Shown piece by piece: positions 34,519-42,771 of a DNA stretch of 42,771 bases. The DNA comes from a virus. The stretch lies in the IMG/VR virus record IMGVR_UViG_3300050154_000155; one strand, given 5' to 3'. The notes under the pieces are model-generated. The model was not told the origin of the DNA and ran no database searches. It saw only the letters and a list, made by a program, of their open reading frames with translations. Numbering within the stretch: the stretch's first letter is position 1; each line of letters opens with the position of its first letter. The translations under genes and the position numbers were made by a program.

Positions 34519-35144
34519 AAAAATTTTATCGAATAGACGAAAAAATTAGCGTGATTAACTCATTTACAATAAGCGAATCCATGCTTAAGTTTTTTGAGCA
34601 ACCCGCAATGTTATACGAATGCGTGGGTGTATTGGGTAAACAGAGATTAATATTGTGTAATTACGAACTTAGTCGCTATCACATATATTCCCACTGTAAT
34701 TCGGTAGTTATGGAGCCTTGCAATTATGTATTAAAATCTAACGCAATTACGCCTCTCATATCGCCGGATGCATATGACCATGTTTTTATCACGAAAAAGC
34801 ATGCTTATTTTACACCGAGCGATGCGGATTTATCGCAGCCTATTCCCGTTTCTAAATTCGACTCGCGCTTTTTTATTCCGGTAGGCCATACAAATTGCAT
34901 GCCTATGCGCAAGGTTAATGATTCGGGAATATATTATAATCCTCAAAATAATGAGTTTTATCGTTTCGCAAGTGCCGGTTATATTCATGATAGTGACCCA
35001 ACAAAATTAAAGTTTGCGCCCGACTCATTCGAGGATGTTGTTAAGCCGGTTATGGCGTGGCTCAAAGCAAACAGTAATCCACATAACCGGATTGTCATTG
35101 ACCAACATAACGCTGTGCTTTATTCGGGTATTAAAACATTATGA
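34515..35144 (+). CDS. Hypothetical early protein (209 aa)
   Basis: ATGA overlap with the upstream gene. No family recognised. Confidence 0.5.
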   Translation: MKKFYRIDEKISVINSFTISESMLKFFEQPAMLYECVGVLGKQRLILCNYELSRYHIYSHCNSVVMEPCNYVLKSNAITPLISPDAYDHVFITKKHAYFTPSDADLSQPIPVSKFDSRFFIPVGHTNCMPMRKVNDSGIYYNPQNNEFYRFASAGYIHDSDPTKLKFAPDSFEDVVKPVMAWLKANSNPHNRIVIDQHNAVLYSGIKTL

Positions 35145-35359
35145 CGATTGATGAGGTCGGCCATGCGTTGTATGGCGATCGCTGGCAATCAGCGTTAGCG
35201 CATGCTCTGGGTAAATCACCACGAGCTGTACGCCAGTGGCATTATCGGGAACGTTCTGTTCCGCCTGTGATCTGGGAACAATTACACGCTATGCTAATAG
35301 CAAAACGTAATCGAATTGAGGATCTGTTAAATGCTAGTCGAACTGAGCAGGACGCGTGA
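35141..35359 (+). CDS. Small HTH DNA-binding protein (Cro/YdaS-like), paralog 1
   Basis: 72 aa. ...LYGDRWQSALAHALGKSPRAVRQWHYRERSVP...; it aligns with 35657..35866. Confidence 0.5.
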   Translation: MTIDEVGHALYGDRWQSALAHALGKSPRAVRQWHYRERSVPPVIWEQLHAMLIAKRNRIEDLLNASRTEQDA

Positions 35360-35579
35360 TTTTAGTGATGATGTATTGCTTGAATCATTGGAGGGTGTAT
35401 GCAAAATGGCAGGTATCCCTGATAAGACAGGTGAGTTTGTCACTCAGATAAGCGCGGGTAAAACGGTGTGGCTAAAATCGAACGTGCCTGATGCCGACGT
35501 GTATTTGCGGTTACCGTCACCAGGCAGGATATTGCGAGACGCGTTGCGGCGAAATGGTAAATACAGTTGGTTAGCCTAA
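35331..35579 (+). CDS. Hypothetical protein (82 aa)
   Basis: ORF overlapping the end of the HTH gene and followed by a terminator. Confidence 0.4.
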   Translation: MLVELSRTRDFSDDVLLESLEGVCKMAGIPDKTGEFVTQISAGKTVWLKSNVPDADVYLRLPSPGRILRDALRRNGKYSWLA

Positions 35580-35589
35580 GCTAAAAAAG

Positions 35590-35620
35590 AAGCCACTTTG
35601 ATAAGTGGCTTTAATGTTTT
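35590..35620 (+). terminator. Rho-independent terminator
   Basis: aagccactt-tgat-aagtggctt followed by a T-rich tail. Confidence 0.5.
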
Positions 35621-35656
35621 CACTGTCAATTCGGAGAAATCCAAGGAGAACGTATC

Positions 35657-35866
35657 ATGAACTATGCAACATTGCAAGACGTGGGCACATTGTTATATGG
35701 CCCGCACTGGGTGGCCTGCATTGCTGATGCAATAGGTGTAACACCTCAGACTATTTACGCGTGGCGAAATCTCGGCACAGTGCCCGATAAGCACCAATTG
35801 ACAATATTAATGCTGGTGGATATTCGAATAGCACAATTAAGGGAAGTAAAAAACAACGGGGCGTAA
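35657..35866 (+). CDS. Small HTH DNA-binding protein (Cro/YdaS-like), paralog 2
   Basis: 69 aa. ...LYGPHWVACIADAIGVTPQTIYAWRNLGTVP...; preceded by AAGGAG. Confidence 0.5.
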   Translation: MNYATLQDVGTLLYGPHWVACIADAIGVTPQTIYAWRNLGTVPDKHQLTILMLVDIRIAQLREVKNNGA

Positions 35867-35874
35867 TGCCCCGT
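35856..35874. terminator. Bidirectional terminator hairpin between the convergent HTH and primase genes
   Basis: acggggc-gtaat-gccccgt, with A-rich sequence upstream (a T-run on the minus strand) and tttc downstream. Confidence 0.6.
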
Positions 35875-35879
35875 TTCTA

Positions 35880-38252
35880 TTAGCAGAATTTGTTTGCGTC
35901 AGTATACATTGCAGCAATATCACAAGGGCGGAAATGTGGAGCCATTAGCTCTATTGCATCGGATTTAACGTAAAGAATTACGCGGCGGTTATCCTCCATG
36001 ATCAATGGGGAAATTGTCCGGCCAGCTGGCAAGCCAGGGTGAGCGATGTAACCTGCACGTTCTAGCGCACGTTTGATATCATTAAGCGCAATGCGATATC
36101 CATCGGCACGTAGCTTATCAAGCATGCGATGCACGCACACGAACCCGCCACGGGTGCCCATGATACCACTCTCGATATAATCCTTAAGCACATCATCAAG
36201 CCGAGGCTTAACCGCTTCCATGAGCATCGGTTGCGTACTGCTTAACGGTGCCCGTTCAATAATTACGGGGTCGAATTCCGGATCGATAGGATAGTTAGCC
36301 AGCCAATATGCGCACTTAGCATAGCCACCAGCATTGAGCCAGTCATTGAGTTTGCCGAAATATCCAGGGGGAAAATCGCGCAGCACGTCGGCTTTGCATT
36401 GTTGCCGCATTAAAAACGTGCTGAAACGCCGTTCCTCGCCTTCCATGGGTATCCCGCCAGGGTCATTCATGGATAGCAAGTAATTGATGCAGACTGAGCG
36501 TGTCGCAATCGCAACACCTTTCCCTTCGATATCAGCACGTGTTTCCGTGATCATCCTGCGCAACATTTCCATATCGCCAGTGCCCGGATGGATTTTCACA
36601 TCGTCAATGACTGCCAGCACCTTATTAATTTGCCACTCATTAAACTTGCTGAATAGCGATCGACTACTAGGACATGCGCAATATTGATAGCCCACGGCAT
36701 ATTGTAAGATGTTGCCCCACGTTGATTTACCGTTACCGTAAAAACCCTGCAACACACAGCACATACGAAATTTGATACCAGGGTGTTGCACAACGGCGGC
36801 GAGGTAATTAATCAGGATACGTTGATCACGCTCGTCGGGTATCTGGCGTGCCAGTAAATCCAGCACTGGGCTAACGTCTCCCTGTTCCATCGGCACTTTT
36901 GGCGGCATCCAAACGTTAACGCCGCTTTGGCCGTTTTCCTCAATGACCGCAAGGGGTTTAATATCTGGCCGGAAAAATGTTGTTGCAACGCGAGGGCGGC
37001 GCATAAATTGATTATTCAAAAAACAATTCCAGGCGCTTTTTTCCATTTTCGTGTTGTTCGGGTCCATCACATATTGATAGCCTCCTTTCAACGCGTCAAA
37101 ACGTTCGGCATTAAGCGCCATGATCGAATTGCCATTTAACGGGGTAATGATTTTGTTAATGTCGACAACATACACGCAGTCTTTAAAAATGATGTCCTGA
37201 TCTTCTTTTCCTAAAAACAGCTTATCAATTTCACGCGGGGCAACATCCACCGGTAATGTCGTGGCATCGTCAACGCGTTTGTCCTGCAGGACGTTTTTCT
37301 GCATCTTGCACTGATTAACGATCGAGTATTGCAGCCAATTTAAATCACCGCGTCGCTCGTCCCACTTGCTACGAACTAATGCTGATTGACGCATTAAACG
37401 CTCAATGCGCACGGGGTTGCAGCCCGTCCAGAATGCAAGGTGAGCAATGAGCGCCATATCGCGTTCAGATTCACCTGGGTAGCGTTGCTGTGCGTCGTCG
37501 GTGTTATTCCATAACGCATGAAAACTCGCGGTGCCCGCCATTTTATCGCTGAGATTAGTCGATGCCATGGCGCGGCGCAATAAATCCTCGTCGCTATCGG
37601 GTCCAACATAATCAATGCGTGGCTGATCGATAAAACCCGCGTCGTGAGTATCCTGCAACGTGTAGGGGAAATAAGCCGGTATCAGAGCTGTGGCTATAAA
37701 TTCACTCGCGTTGGTGGTATCGGCATTGCCCCACATTTGGCCGGTCAGACCTAGGGCAATACCGCGCTGTGATGTGTATAGTTCTAAATCACAAATGCCA
37801 GGGTATGACTCTCGGATGTTTTTACGCAACTTACAGCTATGCTGAGGGAGTTGGCCGGAACCGAAAACATGTAAGCCGGTGCCCGACGATGAATATTCGA
37901 AAGCGCATCCGGTCTGTTGTAACGTGGAAAATATTTGTGCAGCGTATTGATTATTGAATTGACCTGTTTTCGAGTCGATAACGTGATCTAAATCAAGACA
38001 CCAATACGGATCGTTATCGGTGAGCGAAAAACCGATGGTAAATTGTGTGCCGCTTTTGTCCCATTCTCGTAGCCGTTGAACACACGCCATGGCGTCGTTG
38101 TATCCGAGCCAGTTATAGGGTTGCTGGTGGTCGATGTTATTTGCGCCGCCTGCATCCACTGGCCGTTTCTGGTAATTGCCTTTTGCGGCGTCCCAGTCCA
38201 GACGCCAAACGAACCATTGTTTCAGGCTGGTCATATTCCCTAATGCTTGCAT
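35880..38252 (-). CDS. Primase-polymerase (AEP) fused to a D5/P4-type SF3 helicase
   Basis: 790 aa. AEP motifs are CLDLDH (DxD) and SSSGTGLHVF (sGxGxH). The C-terminal Walker A is QGFYGNGKST and the Walker B-like motif is VLAVIDDV. Confidence 0.75.
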   Translation of the reverse strand: MQALGNMTSLKQWFVWRLDWDAAKGNYQKRPVDAGGANNIDHQQPYNWLGYNDAMACVQRLREWDKSGTQFTIGFSLTDNDPYWCLDLDHVIDSKTGQFNNQYAAQIFSTLQQTGCAFEYSSSGTGLHVFGSGQLPQHSCKLRKNIRESYPGICDLELYTSQRGIALGLTGQMWGNADTTNASEFIATALIPAYFPYTLQDTHDAGFIDQPRIDYVGPDSDEDLLRRAMASTNLSDKMAGTASFHALWNNTDDAQQRYPGESERDMALIAHLAFWTGCNPVRIERLMRQSALVRSKWDERRGDLNWLQYSIVNQCKMQKNVLQDKRVDDATTLPVDVAPREIDKLFLGKEDQDIIFKDCVYVVDINKIITPLNGNSIMALNAERFDALKGGYQYVMDPNNTKMEKSAWNCFLNNQFMRRPRVATTFFRPDIKPLAVIEENGQSGVNVWMPPKVPMEQGDVSPVLDLLARQIPDERDQRILINYLAAVVQHPGIKFRMCCVLQGFYGNGKSTWGNILQYAVGYQYCACPSSRSLFSKFNEWQINKVLAVIDDVKIHPGTGDMEMLRRMITETRADIEGKGVAIATRSVCINYLLSMNDPGGIPMEGEERRFSTFLMRQQCKADVLRDFPPGYFGKLNDWLNAGGYAKCAYWLANYPIDPEFDPVIIERAPLSSTQPMLMEAVKPRLDDVLKDYIESGIMGTRGGFVCVHRMLDKLRADGYRIALNDIKRALERAGYIAHPGLPAGRTISPLIMEDNRRVILYVKSDAIELMAPHFRPCDIAAMYTDANKFC

Positions 38253-38253
38253 T

Positions 38254-38604
38254 TTACATCCCCAGCCAAATTTTAGGTGTGAGCCGATTTAATACCGCGC
38301 ATGATTCAGGTGTGTAAACATCGTCTAATTTCATACCGTCATAGTTTAGCGGGGTTATTTCTTTTTGCGGGGTGAATAAACCCAGCAATCCGCCACATGT
38401 GACGAATTCAAAGGGGATAGCAATATCGCAGATTACTAATGCGCCTGGTTGATGCCAGCAATGTAGATACCAGGCGTTGTTAATAGGATGTTTAAAAATA
38501 AACAATTCGTTGAAATTAGGATTTAAAAAATATCTGTTTGATTCTAAAAGAAAAGATTCACCGTCATAAGCGGTGTTAGTCTGGTCAAATAATGTATGTA
38601 GCAT
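38254..38604 (-). CDS. Hypothetical protein (116 aa), first gene of the primase operon
   Basis: The start was taken at the ATG preceded by AGGAGG. Its stop abuts the primase start. Confidence 0.45.
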   Translation of the reverse strand: MLHTLFDQTNTAYDGESFLLESNRYFLNPNFNELFIFKHPINNAWYLHCWHQPGALVICDIAIPFEFVTCGGLLGLFTPQKEITPLNYDGMKLDDVYTPESCAVLNRLTPKIWLGM

Positions 38605-38644
38605 GCGATTCCCTCCTGACAGTGCCATAACTATAAATCGTCAC

Positions 38645-38673
38645 TTGACCAACCGCAAGGCATGTTTAATAAT
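38645..38673 (+). promoter_or_regulatory. Candidate sigma70 promoter for the helicase operon (TTGACC-N16-TAATAA)
   Basis: It lies in the 86-bp divergent intergenic region. Confidence 0.35.
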
Positions 38674-38714
38674 GTTATAAAACAAATAACGTATTGTTTC
38701 GGGATGCATAGACA

Positions 38715-40403
38715 ATGCCAGTTTTAGCAGGTTATCAAAATAAATATATTAATCGGATTTTTCAATCGTGGGCATCTGGACATATTGCCCCCTTAGTCGT
38801 TGCGCCCACGGGGTCGGGTAAAACGGTTATGGCCGCATCGGTAGCCAGCCGATTTGCAGCGGGCATATGTATCGCACATCGTAACGAGTTGGTGAAACAG
38901 CTTAGTATTGCGCTGGCGGTTGAACACATCCCACATAATTTATTGTGTAGCCCTGACCAACGGCGGGAAATTTTAGCGGAGCATATCAACCGAACAGGCC
39001 GTAGGTGGTTCGACTGTAACGCGGGCTGGGTTGTGGCGGGTGTTGATACATTATTACATCTGAGCAAAAAAGAGCGCCAGCCATGGATGGATCGCGTTGA
39101 ATTGGTTATTCAGGATGAAGCGCATCACATTACCCGCGAAAATAAATGGGGCAAATGCTGGGCAATGTTCCCCCGTGCAAGAGGGCTAGGATTTACTGCA
39201 ACGGCTGGGCGCACCGATGGCAAAGGGCTAGGCCGCACGGCGGATGGGGTGTTTGATGATTTAGCCGAAGAAATTACATTGCGTGATGCCATCGATCAAG
39301 GCTATCTGGTTCCGTATAAATACATCGGCCCCGATGCAAAGTTGCCGGAATTAAAAGCCCGCGTTACGGCCAGCGGTGAATTAAATCAGGAGGACATTGC
39401 AAAGTGGTGGGCGGATAACCCCCAGCAAATAGGCGATATCGTTGCTGAATACATGAAACATGCGCGGGGGCTGTTAGGGCTAACGTTTGTGGGGGATGTA
39501 ACCACGGCGGGGCATGTTGCTGATGAATACCGGCGCAATGGTATTCCGGCTGAGGTGATCCACGCTAAGACGCCGACAGCGCTACGCAACGCAGTATTAA
39601 AGAAATTTGCAGCGCGTGAAATTTTACAGATAGTCAGTGTCGATATACTCGGCGAGGGATTCGACCTGCCCGCTTGCCAAGTAGCAAGTTTTGGCCGGCA
39701 AACTGAATCGGTAATTTTATATACCCAGCAATGGGGACGCGTGTTGCGTTTGCAGTTGCCCGACGGTATGCGTGATCAATGGGAAACGTTCACGGTTGAG
39801 CAGCGCAAAGCGATTATCGCGGCCAGTGAAAAGCCTGCGGCAATTATTATCGATCATGTCGGCAATTTACATCGTCACATGGGACCGCCTGATAAACCGC
39901 GGATCTGGTCTTTAGACAGGCGCGACAAACGGGCATCCAATGGCAGCGGGATCAGTCTACGCGTTTGCCTTAATGCTGAATGTCTGCGTGAATATGAGGG
40001 CTATCGTAATAAATGCCCATATTGTGGCACCCCTCGACCATTGCCGACAGAACGCGGCACTATCGAACAAGTCGCAGGGGATTTGTTTTTATATGACGAA
40101 AGCACACTTGCCAAATTACGCGGTGATTTAATTGACATGCAGGCACCGGCAAACGTGCATGCTGGTATGAGTCGGGAAATTGCGGTTGCAACATTGCGTC
40201 GCCATAATGATTTAATTAAGTGCCAGCAAGATTTACGGCAATTAATGGCAGTCTGGTCTGGTGTGCATATGCAATTAACGCTAGACGAGCAATACCGGCT
40301 GTTTTACCAATTGTTCCGAGTCGATGTGATCACCGCATTGGGTTTGCGTCCATCGGAATGTAACAAGCTAATCGCGTTGATCACGGGGGATTTAAACAAA
40401 TGA
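38715..40403 (+). CDS. SF2 DEAD/DEAH-box helicase with a C-terminal zinc ribbon
   Basis: 562 aa. Motif I is APTGSGKT, motif II is QDEAHH, later motifs are FTAT and QQWGRVLR. There is a CLNAEC...CPYCG cysteine pair. Confidence 0.75.
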   Translation: MPVLAGYQNKYINRIFQSWASGHIAPLVVAPTGSGKTVMAASVASRFAAGICIAHRNELVKQLSIALAVEHIPHNLLCSPDQRREILAEHINRTGRRWFDCNAGWVVAGVDTLLHLSKKERQPWMDRVELVIQDEAHHITRENKWGKCWAMFPRARGLGFTATAGRTDGKGLGRTADGVFDDLAEEITLRDAIDQGYLVPYKYIGPDAKLPELKARVTASGELNQEDIAKWWADNPQQIGDIVAEYMKHARGLLGLTFVGDVTTAGHVADEYRRNGIPAEVIHAKTPTALRNAVLKKFAAREILQIVSVDILGEGFDLPACQVASFGRQTESVILYTQQWGRVLRLQLPDGMRDQWETFTVEQRKAIIAASEKPAAIIIDHVGNLHRHMGPPDKPRIWSLDRRDKRASNGSGISLRVCLNAECLREYEGYRNKCPYCGTPRPLPTERGTIEQVAGDLFLYDESTLAKLRGDLIDMQAPANVHAGMSREIAVATLRRHNDLIKCQQDLRQLMAVWSGVHMQLTLDEQYRLFYQLFRVDVITALGLRPSECNKLIALITGDLNK

Positions 40404-40580
40404 ACATTAAGCTATTTAATGTATATAAATGTTGCAATACTTATTTCGTACCGATGTATTATCGAGCGGGGCGTTATTAATGTGTGAGATTTGTAAAAGG
40501 ACGTAAACTTAGCGTTGATCATCTTGTGTCTGATGCCGAATTATCTAATTCGAAAATTTTCGAACTGATAGGTAAAAACT

Positions 40581-40775
40581 ATGCTGTTAAATAGGGTATA
40601 CCGAATCGATAATTGTATTATTGTTATATTTTCGCAAACTTTGGACGGGGATTGTTTATGCAAATGTCGTTATGATGGCTCCAAAGTATTTAAATACGAA
40701 TGGCATTCCTGGTCATATTTCATATTTAAAGATCCTATTGGGGTGAAATATCGTGAGAAATGTATCAGTATCTAG
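40581..40775 (+). CDS. Hypothetical small protein (64 aa)
   Basis: ORF in an AT-rich stretch with a weak RBS. Confidence 0.3.
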   Translation: MLLNRVYRIDNCIIVIFSQTLDGDCLCKCRYDGSKVFKYEWHSWSYFIFKDPIGVKYREKCISI

Positions 40776-40785
40776 GGAAACTACC

Positions 40786-40926
40786 ATGAGAAATAATTTC
40801 ATCATCGGTGCTATCACATTTGCAGGTTGTTCGACTGTTGCAACAATTGGCGATTTCACCTATACCGCGTTGGTATTCGAATTGCTATGGCTAGGTTGCA
40901 TATTAAAGGTGGCACGTTATGGGTAA
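40786..40926 (+). CDS. Small putative lipoprotein/membrane protein (46 aa)
   Basis: It is not in the track. It translates to MRNNFIIGAITFAGCSTV..., with a lipobox-like FAGC after a short hydrophobic leader. Confidence 0.35.
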   Translation: MRNNFIIGAITFAGCSTVATIGDFTYTALVFELLWLGCILKVARYG

Positions 40927-41041
40927 AATACTAATTGGGGTATTTATTGTTATTTGGTTTATTGTCGAAACTGAAAACGCAATTATTAACATGCAATTGT
41001 TTGATGCTATTAATAGTTTGAATGAGGCGCTACGAAAATAA
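40919..41041 (+). CDS. Small membrane protein (40 aa)
   Basis: It is not in the track. It translates to MGKILIGVFIVIWFIVETENAIINMQLFDAINSLNEALRK. It overlaps both neighbours (ATGGGTAA and TAATG). Confidence 0.35.
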   Translation: MGKILIGVFIVIWFIVETENAIINMQLFDAINSLNEALRK

Positions 41042-41616
41042 TGGCTAAAAAGTATCGGTTAATTTATGCAGATCCCCCGTGGCAATTCAGAGATGAATGC
41101 CATTCGGGTAGCCGTGGAGCGGGTTATCATTATCCGTTACTTAGCGTTCGGGATATCGCACGGCTACCGGTTGAACAACTTGCTGATGATAATTGCATCC
41201 TGGCAATGTGGTGGGTGTATTCCCAGCCTGCCGAGGCGTTGCAATTGCTCGATGCATGGGGGTTTAGGCTCATTACAATGGGCGGATTTACCTGGGGAAA
41301 AATTGCCGAATCAACCGGTAATCCAGTATTTGGCATGGGGTCAACCAGTCGCGCTAATTCAGAATGTTGTTTATTTGCAGTGAAGGGCAAAATTAACAGA
41401 GAGTCGGCCAGCGTGTCACAACTGGTTCTCAGTCCGCGTGGTCAGCATTCAGAAAAACCGGCAATAGTGCGCGATAAATTAGTTGAGTTATTTGGCGACG
41501 TTCCGCGCATTGAATTGTTTTCGCGTCAAAAAGTCGAGGGTTGGGATCAATGGGGCAATGACGCCGAATCGCCAGCTCTTTTTTATCAGCCTGGTTACTG
41601 GATGGGTTTATCGTGA
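41041..41616 (+). CDS. MT-A70 family N6-adenine DNA methyltransferase
   Basis: 191 aa. Motifs: IYADPPWQF (DPPW), ...HYPLL..., ...GQHSEKP.... Confidence 0.85.
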   Translation: MAKKYRLIYADPPWQFRDECHSGSRGAGYHYPLLSVRDIARLPVEQLADDNCILAMWWVYSQPAEALQLLDAWGFRLITMGGFTWGKIAESTGNPVFGMGSTSRANSECCLFAVKGKINRESASVSQLVLSPRGQHSEKPAIVRDKLVELFGDVPRIELFSRQKVEGWDQWGNDAESPALFYQPGYWMGLS

Positions 41617-41720
41617 AACATGATTTCTTTTATGTGTTATTTATTCTAATCATGCTTTTTGGTGCAACATCATTTATGGCACTAACGGGGGTCATGTTAA
41701 TAAAATGGTTAATCCACTGA
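41613..41720 (+). CDS. Possible small membrane protein (35 aa, GTG start)
   Basis: GTGA overlap with the methyltransferase stop. It translates to VKHDFFYVLFILIMLFGATSFMALTGVMLIKWLIH and overlaps the next start. Confidence 0.25.
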   Translation: MKHDFFYVLFILIMLFGATSFMALTGVMLIKWLIH

Positions 41721-42193
41721 TCGACTGGGCGACGCGATGGGGTATTAGTGCCGAAGCGATTGCCGATTTGCAACAAAATGTTATCCCGCATATAAGCGAC
41801 GATATTGATAGCGGTAGCAGCGAAGGTACTGTACAAGCCAATATTCGGCTTGAGGCCAGTAAATTAAGCTGGTGGGTGATGCGTAACAACGTGGGCGTAT
41901 TGACTAACAAGAAAGGTCGTCCAGTGCGGTATGGCCTAATGAATAGTTCTAGTCTAGTAAATAGTCAATATAAATCATCGGATTTAATCGGTTTGCGGCA
42001 AGTGTTGATCACACCGGCAATGGTGGGTCATACCCTAGCGCAATTTGTCGCTATCGAGTGCAAACGGGCAGATTGGAAACCTGGCGAAGATGTTGCACGC
42101 GAAACCGCCCAACAAAATTTTATCAATGCCGTAAATTCTCGCGGAGGACTTGCATTTTTTTGTTGCAATCCATCTGATTTAAGATACTATTAA
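41705..42193 (+). CDS. VRR-NUC domain nuclease
   Basis: 162 aa. SEGTVQANI...WVMRNNVG...SSDLIG...FVAIECK...QQNFINAVNSRGGLAFF matches the VRR-NUC PD-(D/E)XK pattern. Confidence 0.8.
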   Translation: MVNPLIDWATRWGISAEAIADLQQNVIPHISDDIDSGSSEGTVQANIRLEASKLSWWVMRNNVGVLTNKKGRPVRYGLMNSSSLVNSQYKSSDLIGLRQVLITPAMVGHTLAQFVAIECKRADWKPGEDVARETAQQNFINAVNSRGGLAFFCCNPSDLRYY

Positions 42194-42223
42194 ACCATCC
42201 CGTTTAATTGAGGTATAAAACAC

Positions 42224-42544
42224 ATGGAGCGGATTACTAGGTCATGGCCTCCATTGGCAGAACGCAGCAAACAATACAGTCATTTACGCGATCGGGCATT
42301 GGCTGTATGGCTACATGCCGCCGAAAAAGGCGGTTATCAATCAATTAGTATGTCAGCGGTTGCCCGTATTTGCGGGGTAACACAACCTGCGGTTTTGTAT
42401 CATTTCGGTACAGTATCGAATTGGAATGATGCATGTTTTGAATATGCAAAGGTCAAACAATCGGCAATTGTATTACGGCAATATCTGGCTAATGGAGAAA
42501 AATGCGTGGCCGATATTCCTGATAATTTAAGAGGGACTATTTAA
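42224..42544 (+). CDS. Short TetR-like HTH DNA-binding protein
   Basis: 106 aa. ISMSAVARICGVTQPAVLYHFGT is a typical TetR_N helix-turn-helix. There is no full ligand-binding domain. Confidence 0.55.
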   Translation: MERITRSWPPLAERSKQYSHLRDRALAVWLHAAEKGGYQSISMSAVARICGVTQPAVLYHFGTVSNWNDACFEYAKVKQSAIVLRQYLANGEKCVADIPDNLRGTI

Positions 42545-42546
42545 TT

Positions 42547-42771
42547 ATGAGTATTAAAATCGAGTTTGATGCAGATTTGTTAAATCGCAGGGAAATTAAA
42601 GCCCTGTCAAAATTCCTAGCCGTCCTGAATGGCGAACAGTGTGATCATTCATGCGCTACGCAAGACATTAAACACGTTGATGCCGGCCTTAACGACATCC
42701 CTAAAACTTTTGCCAAGCCCGAACCTATCAAATTGGGCGCTGATGGTGCGAAAGAATGTGGCCTAGAAGAC
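42547..42771 (+). CDS. 5' part of the junction-spanning gene (continues at base 128 of the window after removing the overlap)
   Basis: ATG at 42547. There is no stop before the window end, and it is in frame with 2..736. Confidence 0.7.
   Translation, partial: MSIKIEFDADLLNRREIKALSKFLAVLNGEQCDHSCATQDIKHVDAGLNDIPKTFAKPEPIKLGADGAKECGLED
42645..42771. repeat. Second copy of the 127-bp terminal direct repeat
   Basis: Identical to 1-127. Confidence 0.95.

Overview
The window is a complete dsDNA phage genome. Bases 1-127 are identical to 42645-42771, so the unique length is 42,644 bp, closed as a circle or terminally redundant, and one gene reads straight across the join. No database search was run. 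All family names come from motif recognition from memory, plus gene order and size.

Layout:
1. Plus-strand early/replication block, from about 32.9 kb to the end, wrapping to 4.8 kb. It holds two operator-controlled promoters, an acidic first gene, an Ala/Tyr repeat protein, HTH paralogs, an SF2 helicase, an MT-A70 methyltransferase, a VRR-NUC nuclease, a TetR-like HTH protein, a Cas4-like nuclease, an SSB-like protein and a family B polymerase. An AEP-primase/SF3-helicase operon is embedded on the minus strand.
2. Minus-strand late operon, 32416 down to 10513. Order: terS, terL, portal, Mu-F-like head protein, Nudix-scaffold fusion, decoration-like protein, major capsid, connectors, sheath, tube, frameshifted chaperone, tape measure, Mu-order baseplate, tail fibre. 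This indicates a contractile-tailed phage.
3. Plus-strand accessory block, about 7.3-10.5 kb, that looks borrowed from a lambdoid prophage. It contains Ea22-like genes, a TGT/DpdA-like protein and an integrase cut to its N-terminal 200 aa.
4. Minus-strand 7148 down to 4831: a Hin/Pin-type serine recombinase, a small beta-rich protein, a pinholin-like holin, a SAR endolysin and a membrane-anchored protein.

No tRNA, rRNA or CRISPR array was seen by eye.

The most notable leads are:
- a canonical Nudix domain fused to the capsid scaffold/protease-like protein;
- a minimal TGT-fold (DpdA-like) gene with no preQ0 pathway;
- an orphan invertase next to a dead integrase;
- a slippage-built GCT/TAT/AAT/GAT repeat gene;
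- twin promoters sharing a GTACCT-N6-AGGTAC operator beside a 16-bp inverted-repeat iteron cluster.
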